Assembly (NCBI GenBank): GCA_963704165.1
Contig: CAVPHD010000004.1
Location: forward strand, 512,001 to 576,000
Direction of reading: 5' to 3'
DNA from: an uncultured delta proteobacterium
Lineage (GTDB): Bacteria; Myxococcota_A; UBA9160; SZUA-336
Length of the DNA stretch: 64,000 nt
This document shows, in pieces, positions 28,369 through 39,222 of this stretch. Under the pieces are notes generated by a model, which saw only the letters and a list, made by a program, of their open reading frames with translations, was not told the origin of the DNA and ran no database searches. The position numbers and the translations under genes were made by a program. Position 1 is the stretch's first letter. Each line of letters begins with the position of its first letter.

Positions 28369-29511
28369 ATGGGTCCTTTGTCAGGAATCCGGATTCTCGA
28401 GTTCGCAGGCATCGGTCCAGGACCGTTCTGCGCGATGCTGCTCGCGGACATGGGTGCCGAAGTGGTGCGCATCGATCGCGCACAGAACGCCCGCGGCGGC
28501 GATCCGGCGAAGCCGCCCTCCGACCCGCTCCTGCGCGGCCGACGCAACATCGCCCTGGACTTGAAGCAACCTCAGGCGATCGAGGCCGTGCTCCGGCTCG
28601 TCGCAGGTGCGGACGCGCTGATCGAGGGATTTCGTCCCGGCGTGATGGAGCGCCTCGGTCTGGGTCCCGACGTCTGTCTCGCGCGGAATCCGCGCCTCGT
28701 CTACGGCCGCATGACCGGCTGGGGGCAGGACGGCCCGATGGCCCAGGCCGCCGGCCACGACATCAACTACATCGCGCTCGCCGGTGCGCTCGAGCCGATC
28801 GGACGCAGGGGCGAGCCGCCACTTCCGCCGCTGAACCTCGTCGGCGATTTCGGCGGCGGTGGGATGTTGCTCGCGTTCGGTGTGCTCGCGGCTCTTCTCG
28901 AAGCCAGGAGCTCCGGGAAGGGACAGGTGGTCGATGCGGCGATGGTCGATGGCGCTGCGCTGCTGATGTCGATGTTCTGGGGCATGCGGCACTCGGGATT
29001 CTGGAGCGAGGAACGCGGCACGAACCTGCTCGACACCGGCGCGCACTTCTACGAGGTCTACGAGTGTGCCGACGGCAAGTACATCTCGCTCGGCTCGATC
29101 GAGCCGCAGTTCTACGCGGAGCTCCTGAAGCTCTCGGGCCTTGGCGACGAGAAGCTGCCCTCGCAGATGGATCGATCGCAGTGGCCGGCGATGAAGGAAC
29201 GGGTCGCGGCCCTGGTGAAGACCCGCTCGCGCGACGAGTGGTGCCGGATCATGGAGGGCAGCGACGTCTGCTTCGCGCCCGTGCTCGCGATGAGCGAGGC
29301 ACCCGCGCACCCGCACAACGCCGCGCGCGAGACCTTCGTCGAGATCGCCGGCATGACGCAGCCCGCGCCCGCGCCACGCTTCAGCCGCACGAAGCCCGAG
29401 ATCGCTCGGCCGCCCGCTCACGCGGGGCAGCACAGCCTCGAGGTGCTCGCGGGTTGGGGATTCTCGGAGGCCGAGATCCGCGCGCTGCGGGAGTCCAAGG
29501 CGATCGTCTGA
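28369..29511 (+). CDS. CaiB/BaiF family protein (alpha-methylacyl-CoA racemase-like)
   Basis: [34 protein letters not shown]. Confidence 0.93.
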   Translation: MGPLSGIRILEFAGIGPGPFCAMLLADMGAEVVRIDRAQNARGGDPAKPPSDPLLRGRRNIALDLKQPQAIEAVLRLVAGADALIEGFRPGVMERLGLGPDVCLARNPRLVYGRMTGWGQDGPMAQAAGHDINYIALAGALEPIGRRGEPPLPPLNLVGDFGGGGMLLAFGVLAALLEARSSGKGQVVDAAMVDGAALLMSMFWGMRHSGFWSEERGTNLLDTGAHFYEVYECADGKYISLGSIEPQFYAELLKLSGLGDEKLPSQMDRSQWPAMKERVAALVKTRSRDEWCRIMEGSDVCFAPVLAMSEAPAHPHNAARETFVEIAGMTQPAPAPRFSRTKPEIARPPAHAGQHSLEVLAGWGFSEAEIRALRESKAIV

Positions 29512-29530
29512 TTCGAAAATCGGTCGCGCG

Positions 29531-31063
29531 ATGAGTGAAGCGATCGCAATCGACTCGCGCCAGTACCTCGAGGGGCTGCAGTGCGAGCGGCGACTCTGGC
29601 TCGGATCGCATGCTGCGGAGCGTGGCTCGGACCCGGCTCGCGCGGCGGAACGCGCGGCGCGCAGCCGGACCCGGCGCGAGCTCCGCGAGATCGCGGCCGA
29701 GCTGTTTCCCGGTGCGCGCGAGGTCTCGGAGCCCGACGAGCACCGGGCGATCGCACGCACGCGCGAGCTCCTCGAGAACGTCTCGGTCGGGGTGGTCCGG
29801 TCCGCCGTCTTCGCGGCCGGCTACGCGCGCGCGCGGATCGATTTCGTCGAGCGGCTCGGCGATCGCGGATTCGGACTGCGCTCGGTGCGTGCCGCGCTTC
29901 GCCCGAGCGAGACGGCGCTCGACGAGCTCGCGTTCGGCTACCACGTCGCGCGCGGCTCGGGAATCGAGATCACGTCCGTCGAGCTGATCCTGCTCGACGC
30001 CGAGTACACGCGCGGTCCGCTCGCGCCCGATCCGCGGGCGCTCCTGCACCGCGTCGACGTGACGGGACAGGTCCGGTTCCTGGCCGGTGATCTCGAGGTG
30101 CGTCTCGCGGCGCATCGCGCGGTTCTCGCGCGCGCCGCCGCGCCCGACGTCGAGCCCTCGCCGCACTGCCGAAGGCCGGACACGTGCGAGTTCCTCTCGC
30201 ACTGCACGGCGGACAAGAGACAGGACTGGATCGGCTACCTGCCCGGGCTGCGCCCGAATCCGCTCGCCGAGCTTCGCGCTCGCGGGATCGAGCGGATCTC
30301 GGACCTCTCCGACGACTTCTCCCGCGCACCCGCGCAGCGCAACGCCCGCCACAGCTTGCAGCGCGGAGCCGCGTTCGTCTCGGCCGATCTCGCGCGCAGA
30401 CTCACGGGCTTCGGCCCGCCCGCCGACGGCCTCGACTTCGAGGCGATCCTGCCCGAGATCCCGATCTTCCCGGGCACCCGGCCGTTCGAGGTCGTGCCGT
30501 TCCAGTGGTCGGCGTGTCTCGCATCCGACGGCGCGGAGCTCACGCGCGCGGAGTTCCTCGCCGATGGCAGCGGGGATCCGCGACGGGAGTTCGCCGAGAG
30601 CCTGATCGCCGAAATCGCAGACCGGGAGCTCCCGATCCTGGTCTACTCCGGATTCGAGTCCGAGGTGCTCGCCGCGCTCGCGCGGGTGTTTCCCGATCTC
30701 GCGGACGGGATCGAGCGCATTCGCGCACGGCTCCGCGACCTGCTGCCGGTGGTACGCCGTTCGGTGTACCACCCGGCATTTCTGGGCTCGTTCTCGCTCA
30801 AGCGGGTCGCGCCCGCGCTGTGTTCGGGGTTCACGTTTCAGGATCTGCCGGGGATCGCGGATGGTGGGGCCGCGTCGCGCGGCTGGCTCGCGCTCGCACG
30901 CGGCGAGCTCTCGCCGGAGCGCGGGGTCGAGCTTCTCGCGGAGCTCCGCGAGTACTGCGCCCGCGACGCGCTCGCGGTCGCGAGACTCCTGGCGACGCTG
31001 CGCGAGCTCGACCGGGCGCAGCGTGGGACGACGAGTCCGTCCCCGACTCACTCCGAAAGGTAG
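29531..31063 (+). CDS. DUF2779-type protein: Cys-stapled nuclease-like N-domain plus RNase H-like/DEDD C-domain
   Basis: GLQCERRLWL, HCRRPDTCEFLSHC, LDFE, PFQWS, SFSLKRV, EYCARD. Confidence 0.8.
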   Translation: MSEAIAIDSRQYLEGLQCERRLWLGSHAAERGSDPARAAERAARSRTRRELREIAAELFPGAREVSEPDEHRAIARTRELLENVSVGVVRSAVFAAGYARARIDFVERLGDRGFGLRSVRAALRPSETALDELAFGYHVARGSGIEITSVELILLDAEYTRGPLAPDPRALLHRVDVTGQVRFLAGDLEVRLAAHRAVLARAAAPDVEPSPHCRRPDTCEFLSHCTADKRQDWIGYLPGLRPNPLAELRARGIERISDLSDDFSRAPAQRNARHSLQRGAAFVSADLARRLTGFGPPADGLDFEAILPEIPIFPGTRPFEVVPFQWSACLASDGAELTRAEFLADGSGDPRREFAESLIAEIADRELPILVYSGFESEVLAALARVFPDLADGIERIRARLRDLLPVVRRSVYHPAFLGSFSLKRVAPALCSGFTFQDLPGIADGGAASRGWLALARGELSPERGVELLAELREYCARDALAVARLLATLRELDRAQRGTTSPSPTHSER

Positions 31064-31983
31064 GAGAGCGTCGAGCGAACCCAACGGATTCGCGCCTCGC
31101 GCAGCGACGCCGGGCTGGCCGTCGGGATCTCGACGGTGAATCGCGTGCTGCTCCCGGCGGAGATCCGGCCGACGCTGAACGGGAGCTCACGGCCGGCGAC
31201 CGTCAGCCGGAACTCGGCGCGGGTCTGATCGACGCTCGTTCCGTTGACGAGCCGGCCCTGCACCCGCAGGGCGCCGCTCTGGTCGGAGATCGAGAGACGG
31301 CCGACGTACAGACCGCCGCCGATCGGCTGAAGCGCGGGGTCGTTCAGATCGACCACCGCTCCCTGCTCGGTTCCTCGCGAGGGGGCCCGCGCGATTGCCG
31401 GGGCCTCGACGCGCAGGCCCGCGCTCGACGCCGCAGTCCGCTTGCCGGGCGCTTTGCCTTCGTCGCGTTCCGACACGAGTCGCGAGTTCTCGCCGCGGCG
31501 CAGCTCGAGCAACGCGCCGCTCTCACCGGCGAAGATCGAGCTCGAGCTCGTGCCGTCCGAAGTGCTGAGCGAGAGCGCCGAACCGAGCCCCGAGGTCGCA
31601 AGTCGGATCGTCTGCGTCGGCGCCGTCTTGCCCGAGCCCGCGAAGAGCCCGATCACGGCCTGCCCGGATCCCGCGCTCGCCCCCGCGGGAGCGGCTTCGC
31701 GACCGATGAACACGAGACTTCGCCCCGCGTCGTCCACCACGCGGAGCGAACCGCGAACCGTGAGGTCGTCCACTTCGGTGCTCACGCCGCGCTGCGCCTT
31801 GGTTCCCGGGCTCAGCATGCCCGGTACCGTGACGGTCGCGGCCAGGAACACTGCCGCGATGCAGAGTCCGATCAGCGTCATTCCCAGCGCCGCGACTCCG
31901 GCCCAGAGCCTCCGGTTCCCGCGCTCGAGTGCGGCGAGCCGTGCGGCCACCCACGCGTCCTGGTCGCCCGCGGTCTCCGGCAT
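31048..31983 (-). CDS. Hypothetical membrane-anchored protein
   Basis: RLAALERGNRRL followed by a TM helix and a beta-rich body; continues the upstream operon. Confidence 0.7.
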   Translation of the reverse strand: MPETAGDQDAWVAARLAALERGNRRLWAGVAALGMTLIGLCIAAVFLAATVTVPGMLSPGTKAQRGVSTEVDDLTVRGSLRVVDDAGRSLVFIGREAAPAGASAGSGQAVIGLFAGSGKTAPTQTIRLATSGLGSALSLSTSDGTSSSSIFAGESGALLELRRGENSRLVSERDEGKAPGKRTAASSAGLRVEAPAIARAPSRGTEQGAVVDLNDPALQPIGGGLYVGRLSISDQSGALRVQGRLVNGTSVDQTRAEFRLTVAGRELPFSVGRISAGSSTRFTVEIPTASPASLREARIRWVRSTLSYLSE

Positions 31984-31995
31984 GCAATTCCCCCG

Positions 31996-32610
31996 CTACA
32001 AGTGATCCGTCTGGTTCCAAGCGACGAGTCTGGGCTCCGGCTCGAGCACGAGCTCCGAGAGACCGCAGTTCGACAGGTGGTAGTGCTGCCAGCGCATCGG
32101 ATCGCGATCGAGGATCTGACCGAGCGCGATGCCGAGCGCCGCGCCGTGACTGACCACGACGACCTCGTCGCCGCGATGCGAGCCCGAGATCCGAGCGAGC
32201 GCTGCGGTGACGCGCGCCATCACGGCGTTCGCGGACTCGCCTCCGGGCGGCGCGAAGTCACGGTCGTGGCTTATTCGCGCGAAGAAGCCGTGCACGTTGA
32301 GCAGCGCCTCGTACGAGATCCCCTCGAGCTCGCCGATCCCGTACTCCGCGAGATCCGGCTCGACGATCGCTTCGAGTCCGAGCCGCGCGCCGATCTCGGC
32401 TGCGGTCTGGCGCGTGCGCAAGAGCGGACTCGTGTAGAGCGCGCGCACGCTCGGCCGGGTTCGGGCGAGGTGCTCGCCGGTGCGCCGCGCCTCGAGCTGT
32501 CCATGGTCGGTGAGCGGGCTGTCCGTCGATCCGTGCCAGATCCGCGCGGTGTTCGCCGCGATCTGTCCGTGACGCACGAGCACGAGCTTCGCCGATGTCT
32601 CCGACTCCAT
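31996..32610 (-). CDS. Histidine phosphatase family protein
   Basis: RHG, SPLLRTRQTA, GES, VSHG. Confidence 0.92.
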   Translation of the reverse strand: MESETSAKLVLVRHGQIAANTARIWHGSTDSPLTDHGQLEARRTGEHLARTRPSVRALYTSPLLRTRQTAAEIGARLGLEAIVEPDLAEYGIGELEGISYEALLNVHGFFARISHDRDFAPPGGESANAVMARVTAALARISGSHRGDEVVVVSHGAALGIALGQILDRDPMRWQHYHLSNCGLSELVLEPEPRLVAWNQTDHL

Positions 32611-32630
32611 TCCGATCCGTGCCTCCGAAG

Positions 32631-33971
32631 CTAGCCGCGAATCCAGCTGCCGTGGAAGCCGTGCGGGACGCGGCGCGGCATGTGAATCGTCGCGACCGGT
32701 TTCTTCGCGGGGTCGGTCCCGTCGAGGATCACGAGGTCCGAGGCGTCGCGTGCCTTGTCGTAGACGAAGCCGAGCGCGTACCCTTCGTCCTCGGCAGCCG
32801 AGTCAGTCGACTCCGCGAAGACGAACTCACCGGGCTGGGAGCTCGGCCCGAAATCGTGCATGACGGACGTGCCGCGCTCGAGATCGTATTTCAGCAAGAC
32901 CCCCGCCGAACCGAAGCCAGCCTCCTCGCCGGGTCGCGACGCGACGGCCCAGCCGTAGCGGTTTCGCAGCCCGACCACGCGGTCGTCCACGCGCGGAAAC
33001 GCGTGCGAGACGTCGTCGAGCTGCCGCTCGCTGACCTTGCCCGTCGAGAGATCGAACTCCCATCGGTGCAGATAGGAGGGGGGGAAGTCGTTCATCGACT
33101 CGCGCCACATGTACGCGTGCCGGCCGACGTCGCAGATCACCTTGTTTCCCTCGACCCAGGAATTCATCGGGTGGAAGACGTAGCACGGGTCGATCTCGAA
33201 CCAGCGCACGTCCTTGTCCTGCCCCATGCGCGGCAGGATGCCGATGCGCGCGCCGTAGTCCGGATCCCAGCCGAGAGGGATCTCGCCCTTCATCGCCTTC
33301 TCGATGCTGAAGGTGACGGGCAGATCCATGAAGATCGCGTGATCCCGCGTCACCATGAAGTCGTGCATCATCGTCGGACCGGGCACGGTGATGTCGGCCG
33401 TGTGAACGAGCGCGCCCTTCGAGTCGAGCACGTGATAGACGAGATGAGGCGCGAGATACCCATAGCCGAAGAAGTGAAGCTCGTTCGTGATCGGGCAGAG
33501 TTTCGGATGCGCGGTGAAGGCGGTAGTGAGTCGACCGCCGTAGTCGTCACATCCGAGTGTTTCGAGCTCACTCGACAGCTCGTACGGAAAGTGGCCTTCT
33601 TCGAGCGCGAGGATGCGGCCCGCGTGACCGACCACATGGGTGTTCGCGGCGCTCGCGGTGCGGTCCATCATGGTCGCGGGATCCATCGCGTCGAGATCGC
33701 GCTCGAGCTTGGTCGTGCGCACGTAACGGTTGCGGTACCAGACCGCGCGACCCGCCTCGAGCCGGACGCCGTGAACCATGCCGTCGCCCATGAACCAGTG
33801 GCTCGACACGCCGCTCTTCGGATTCGCACCGTTGCGGACATACAATCCGAGAAGCTCCGGCGGAATCGACCCGGTCACCGGCAGATCGAAGCGGGTCAGC
33901 TCGTCCGCGACCGGTCCGTAGTTGCCGGACAGGTGCCAGGGTTTTTCGTCCTTCGGGATCGCGTTCGCCAT
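32631..33971 (-). CDS. Carotenoid oxygenase (RPE65/CCD) family protein
   Basis: RNGANP, GDGMVHG, four Fe-ligand His (TAHPK, MMHDF, VFHPMN, GFHG). Confidence 0.93.
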   Translation of the reverse strand: MANAIPKDEKPWHLSGNYGPVADELTRFDLPVTGSIPPELLGLYVRNGANPKSGVSSHWFMGDGMVHGVRLEAGRAVWYRNRYVRTTKLERDLDAMDPATMMDRTASAANTHVVGHAGRILALEEGHFPYELSSELETLGCDDYGGRLTTAFTAHPKLCPITNELHFFGYGYLAPHLVYHVLDSKGALVHTADITVPGPTMMHDFMVTRDHAIFMDLPVTFSIEKAMKGEIPLGWDPDYGARIGILPRMGQDKDVRWFEIDPCYVFHPMNSWVEGNKVICDVGRHAYMWRESMNDFPPSYLHRWEFDLSTGKVSERQLDDVSHAFPRVDDRVVGLRNRYGWAVASRPGEEAGFGSAGVLLKYDLERGTSVMHDFGPSSQPGEFVFAESTDSAAEDEGYALGFVYDKARDASDLVILDGTDPAKKPVATIHMPRRVPHGFHGSWIRG

Positions 33972-34005
33972 CGTCGATCTCCCTTCGGTGGTGCCGGAAC
34001 CGAGC

Positions 34006-35309
34006 TTACACGGTTCCGCGCGCTTCGCGGCGTCCTGCGTCGCGCGCGCGCTCGACGTCCCGTTCCAGCGTGCGCGAAGCCAGATAGAAGTGGAGCCCAG
34101 ACCAGATCAGGAGCGTCGAGACGATCATCAGCGCCCAGCGCAACGAGTCCGCACCGTAGCGCGGCTCGAGCGCATCGCTGAGCGCGCCGGTCGCGAGCGG
34201 ACCGAGCGCGAGCCCGATGATGTTGATCACGAACAAGAGCACCGCCGCCGCGGTGGCGCGCATCGTCGGCGTGGCCAGAGACTGCGTGATCGCGAAGGCC
34301 GGTGCCTGGTACATCAGCCCGAGCCCCGTCGGCACCACCAGGAGGATCAGCGCGACCGTCGCGTTCGGGGTCAGATAGATCGCGAGCGAGAACGGCGCCG
34401 CGATCGCCATCGCGATCGCGGGCACGAGCGCCCGACCGCGCACGTCCTTCGCCCCCCAGCCGTCCGCGAAGACGCCGCCGAGGTAGTTCCCGATGCCGCC
34501 GCCGACGCCGATGATCAGCGCGAGCCACGAGCCGACCTCTCCGCTGCTCATCTGATGGGTGCGAATCAGGAACGACGGCACCCAGTTGATCACCGAGTAG
34601 CCGACGAACGCGTACAGACCCGACGCGAACGAGAGGTGGCGGAACGTGCGGTGAGCTCCAGAGGAAGCGGATCACGTCGAGTGCGGACGGTGGCGTGCCC
34701 TCGCTCTGCAATCCCTCGGAGTGTCCGCGCGGCGGCTCGCGAAGCGTGAGGGCGACGATCATCGCGATCAGTACGCCCGGTAGACCGACGACGACGAACG
34801 CCATCCGCCAGCCCAGGCTCTCGTTCAGCCAGCCTCCGGCCAGAAAGCCGACGAGAATTCCGAGGGGCACGCCGAGCGAGAAGATCGCGAGCGCGGTCGC
34901 GCGCCGCTCGGGCGGGAAGTAGTCCGAGATCATCGAGTGCGCGGGCGGGCTGCCGCCGGCCTCGCCGACGCCGACACCGACGCGGAACGCGAGCAGGCTC
35001 GCGAAGCCGACGGCCGAGCCGCAGAGCGCGGTCATGCCACTCCAGAGCGCGAGGCAGATCGCGATCACCCACTTCCGCGAGACGCGATCCGCGAGCCGGG
35101 CGATCGGAACACCGAGCGTGGCGTAGAAGAGTCCGAACGCGGTGCCGGAGAGCAGGCCGAGCTGGGTGTCCGTGAGCTGAGAGGTCCGCCTTGATCGACG
35201 GCAGCAGGATCGCGAGGATCTGACGATCGACGAAGTTCACCACGTACACGACGCAGAGCAGGCCGAGCGCGTAGCGCAGATAGGCGGGCGAGAAGGTCTG
35301 TGTCGTCAC
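34006..35309 (-). CDS. Spinster-like MFS transporter, frameshifted as assembled
   Basis: NFVDRQIL, GVGEAGGSPPAHSMISDYFP and the C-half lie in different frames; indels near 35180 and 34655. Confidence 0.8.
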
Positions 35310-35382
35310 GCGCGCATCGTATCAGCCCGTGAGCTCGATGCGTTTGGAATCGGTCGTCTTCGGGTTCGATCCGCGCGGCGCG

Positions 35383-36194
35383 TCAGACCAGCAGCGCGAG
35401 CTGACGCGACTGCACCAGCAGGATTCCGTCGCGTGTCCAGATCTCGCCGTCCTCCTCGACGTAACCGTCGCGCGCGATATGACTGCGGAACAGACACAGG
35501 TAGTGGTCGTCCGGCCGGGCGTTCGCGGGGATCGCGCCGCGGAAGTGCACGGTCAGGTCGATCGGTCGGCACGCCGCGCAGCGAACGCGCCGCCGATCGA
35601 GTGGCGCTGCGAGATCGCGGGCGGCCAGGCGTCGCTGAAGAGCGCCAGCGCCGGCGCATCGGGAACGATCGGCTCGGCCAGGCGCAGCCAGCCACCGCTG
35701 ATCGCGCGCGAGCGACGTCCCGGGTCCGACGGCTCCGAAGGCGGGCCGCATCTCGAAGCGCTCGTGCATCGGGAGCGCCGGCCCGCCCGTCGGATCGCGC
35801 GCGGGCAGGCTCTCGGGATTCGCGACCTCGGGCATGTGCAGCTCGTGGAACTCGACCGACTCGCGCGAGCGACCGAACGACGCGAGCGCGAGCGCGATCA
35901 GCTCGCCGTTCTGTTCGAGTCGCGCCGAGAGCGCCGTCATCGAGCGGCCGCTCCGCTCCACGCGCACGTGCACGCGCGCCGGGACCTTCGACGGCGGGTG
36001 CGACGTAGTGGATCGTCAGTGAGCGCGGCAGCCGCGTCTCGTCCCCGACCGCGGCCGTCAGACGCGCGCAGCACGATCGAAGCCAGATAGCCGCCGTTCG
36101 CGCCCATCACGATCCACCAGCCGCGATCGATGCGCGCGTCGAAGGCGCCGTCGGCTGCGAGCGCGACGGCGCTGTCCCGTTCGAAGCGGGTCAC
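35383..36194 (-). CDS. Thioesterase family protein (double hot-dog), frameshifted as assembled
   Basis: GANGGYLAS, RSGRSMT, IDLTVHFR, EEDGEIW...QSRQLAL spread over several frames. Confidence 0.75.
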
Positions 36195-37133
36195 GAGTCT
36201 GCGAACGCGGGCAGGACGCGTTCCGCGAAGAGCCGCGCGGGCACGCGCGTGTCGCGACCGAAGAACTCGATCACGAGCAATCCGCAGCCGAGCTTGCGAT
36301 GCCGCTCGATGCCGTCGATCACGCGCTCGGGCGTGCCCCAGATGCCGTGCTCCTCGAGCGCGCCGCCCATGTGGCCGCCGTAGATCTTCTTGGCCTTCTC
36401 GAGCGACTCCTTCGCGCGGGCCTCGGTCTCCTCGATCACGACCACGCACTGCTGCGAGATGCGGATCTCGCCGACGTCGCGCTTCACGTCGTCGCAGCGG
36501 CGCCGCAGCGCCTCGATCTTCGCGCCGAGCTGGGCCTGGAAGACCGCGAGGTTGTTCCAGATGTCGGCGTGCTGCGCGGCGATCCGCAGCAGCACCTTCT
36601 CGCCGGCGCCGCCGATCAGGATCGGCGTGCGGCGCAGCGGCTTCGGCTCGCTCCAGGCGTCCGACACCGAGAAGTGACGGCCCGCGAACGTCACTCGCTC
36701 CTCGCTGAACAGGCGGCGCAGCAGGATCGCGGTCTCCTCGAGCGCCTTCATCCGCTCGCCGAGCGGCGGGAACGGGCTGCCGGTGCCCGTGAATTCGGCC
36801 TCGAACCAGCCCGCGCCGAGGCCGACGATCGCGCGCCCGCCCGAGATGTGGTCGAGCGTGGCGACCTGCTTGGCGAGGATCGCGGGATTTCGGAAGAACG
36901 GCGGCGTGACGAGCGTGCCGAGCTCCACGCGCGAGGTGACGGCCGCGACGGCGGCGAGCTCGGTCCACGCCTCGAAGATCGGCAGGTTCGGCACCGGCAC
37001 GCCGTACACGTGATCGCAGACCCAGGCGGAGTGGAAGCCGAGCTGGATCGAGCTCCTCGGCGACGGCGCGCGCCTCCTGCCAGCTGCGCTTGATCTGCGG
37101 CAGCGTCCCCCCGAACTGCATCGAGCCCGACAT
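36191..37133 (-). CDS. LLM-class flavin-dependent oxidoreductase, frameshifted near 37055
   Basis: WVCDH, RNPAILAKQVATLDHISGGR, GAGW, PILIGG. Confidence 0.85.
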
Positions 37134-37155
37134 CGATTCCTCCTCGCTCGCGATT

Positions 37156-37990
37156 CTACGCGATGACGCGATTTCGTCCCTCGGCCTTGGCGCGGTACAG
37201 GCGTGTGTCGGCCGCCTCCATCAGCTCGGCAGCCGTCTTTCCGTCGGCCGGCGTGCTCGCCACTCCGGCCGAGACCGAAAGCGCCGCGCCCGCGCCGGTC
37301 GGCGAGGGCGACTCGAAGGCCGCGCGCACCTTCTCCGCTACGGCACGTGCGCCGTCTCGGGTCGTCTCGGGCAGCACGAGCACGAACTCGTCGCCGCCGT
37401 ATCGCGCCGCGGTATCGCTCGCGCGCGAGCGCTCGCGGAGCAGCGATGCGATGCGCACCAGGGCGGCGTTTCCGGCCGCGTGACCGAAGCGGTCGTTCCA
37501 CCCCTTCAAGTCGTCGACGTCGAACATGACGACGGCGAGCGCCCGTCCGTAGCGTTGGGCGCGTTCCAGCTCCCGATCCAGCGCCGAGACGATCCGGCCG
37601 TAGTTGGCGAGCCCGGTGAGTGCGTCGCGCTCGGCGCGCAGGAGGGCCTGCTCGTGGTCGCGCGCATTCGCGAGCGCGAGCGCGCCGTGCGTGACGAGAG
37701 CCCGGAGCGCAGACTCGTCGATGCCCGCGCTCGCGAAGACCCGCAAGCCTCCCGATGCGCTCGCCGCGCGCGTTCAGCTCGAGCGGACGGGCGGGCCCGG
37801 CGCTCGTATCGCCCCGGCCGACCTCGCGCGCATCCCTCTCTCCGTAGGAGTCGAGCTCGAGAACCGCGCCGATGGCGCCCGCCACCCGAATCGAAGCGTC
37901 GAGGAGGCGTGCGACGACGTCGGAGACGCGAAGGCTCGAGGACATCTCGCGCAGGGCTTCGAGCAGGGCCTCCGCGCGTCCTTCGTCCAT
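37156..37990 (-). CDS. Diguanylate cyclase (GGDEF) with small GAF-like N-terminus, frameshifted near 37750
   Basis: DALTGLAN, RASD I-site, ARYGGDEF, LYRAK. Confidence 0.85.
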
Positions 37991-38054
37991 TTCGGGATTC
38001 TACGCGCCCGCCGCGCTTTCTCGCGTTCGGCGCGTGTGTCACCCTCCCGCGCCC

Positions 38055-39222
38055 ATGCCCCGCTCCGTCGGCTTCGCCGCGCTCACCGCGTTCGTGCTCA
38101 TGCTCGGAATCGGCGTGCTCTTTCCCGTGCTGCCGTTCCTGACCCGCGAGCTCGGCATCTCCGATGCGCACGCCGGCTGGCTGCTCGCGTCGTATCCGCT
38201 GGCCTCGTTCGTCGCGAGCCCGCTCTGGGGGCGGTTCTCGAGCGCACACGGTCGCAAGCCGGCGCTCGTCGTCGGACTCGTCGGCTACTCGATCGGGTTC
38301 ATTCTCTTCGGCCTCGGCGAGACGCTTCACCCAGCTTCTCGCTGCGCGCGTGCTCGGCGGGCTCGTCTCCGCGGCGGCGCTTCCGGCGCTCTTCGCCTAC
38401 GTCGCCGACGTCACGACTCCAGAGAAGCGCAGCTCCGGAATGGGCGCGCTCGGTGCCGGGCTCGGCCTCGGCGTGACGCTCGGCCCGGTGCTCGGCTGGC
38501 TCACCTACGCCGCCTACGGATTGCGTGCGCCGTACTTCGTGTCGGGTGCGATCGGGCTGGCGAACGCGCTCGTGGTCGCGCGCGCGCTGCCCGAGAGCCT
38601 CGACGCGGCCACGCGCGCGGCTCGCGATCGCGAGGCGACGCCGCGACGTCCGCTCGCGCAGATCGCACGTCCGCTCGCGCCGTTCCTCGTCTGCAGCTTC
38701 CTGACCTCGACCGCGCGCATGGCCGTCGACACGACGTTCGGCTTCTTCGCCCAGAACGCGCTCGGAGCGTCACCGCGCGGTGTCGCCGGCGTGCTCTTCG
38801 TGATGGGCGTGACGTCGGCGCTGGTGCAGGGCGGACTCCTGCGCCGGATCGAGGGACGCATCTCCGACGAGACCCTCTTCGCCGCCGGCTGCGTCGCTGA
38901 TGACCGCGGGCCTCGCCGTGTTCGGCTTCGCGGAAGCTGGACGGGCGTGCTCGCGGGGGGCATCCCGGTCGCGGTCGGCTTCGCGCTGCTCGCTCCGACG
39001 CTGACCGCGTTGATCTCGCGCGCGGCCGAGGACGTGCAGGGAGAGGCGCAGGGGCTGAACGGAAGCGCGACCGCGCTCTCGCGCGTGGTCTCGCCGCTGC
39101 TCTTCACGACGGGTCTCTGGCCGAGCTTCGGCGGGCCGGGGACCTACGGCGTCGCCGCGATTCTCTGCGCGCTCGCGCTCGTCGTCGCGCGGACGAGCTT
39201 CAGAACCCGGGCGGAGGCGTGA
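38055..39222 (+). CDS. MFS transporter (TetA/DHA1-like), frameshifted as assembled
   Basis: PLWGRFS...GRKP, AYVADVT, GPVLG; indels near 38330 and 38900-38930. Confidence 0.8.

Noticed and set aside
29531..31063. Cas4 or CRISPR locus
   Set aside because: No repeat-spacer array or other cas genes in the window
36191..37990. Apparent GAF-LLM oxidoreductase fusion of 599 aa
   Set aside because: Artefact of indels in two separate genes (GGDEF and LLM)
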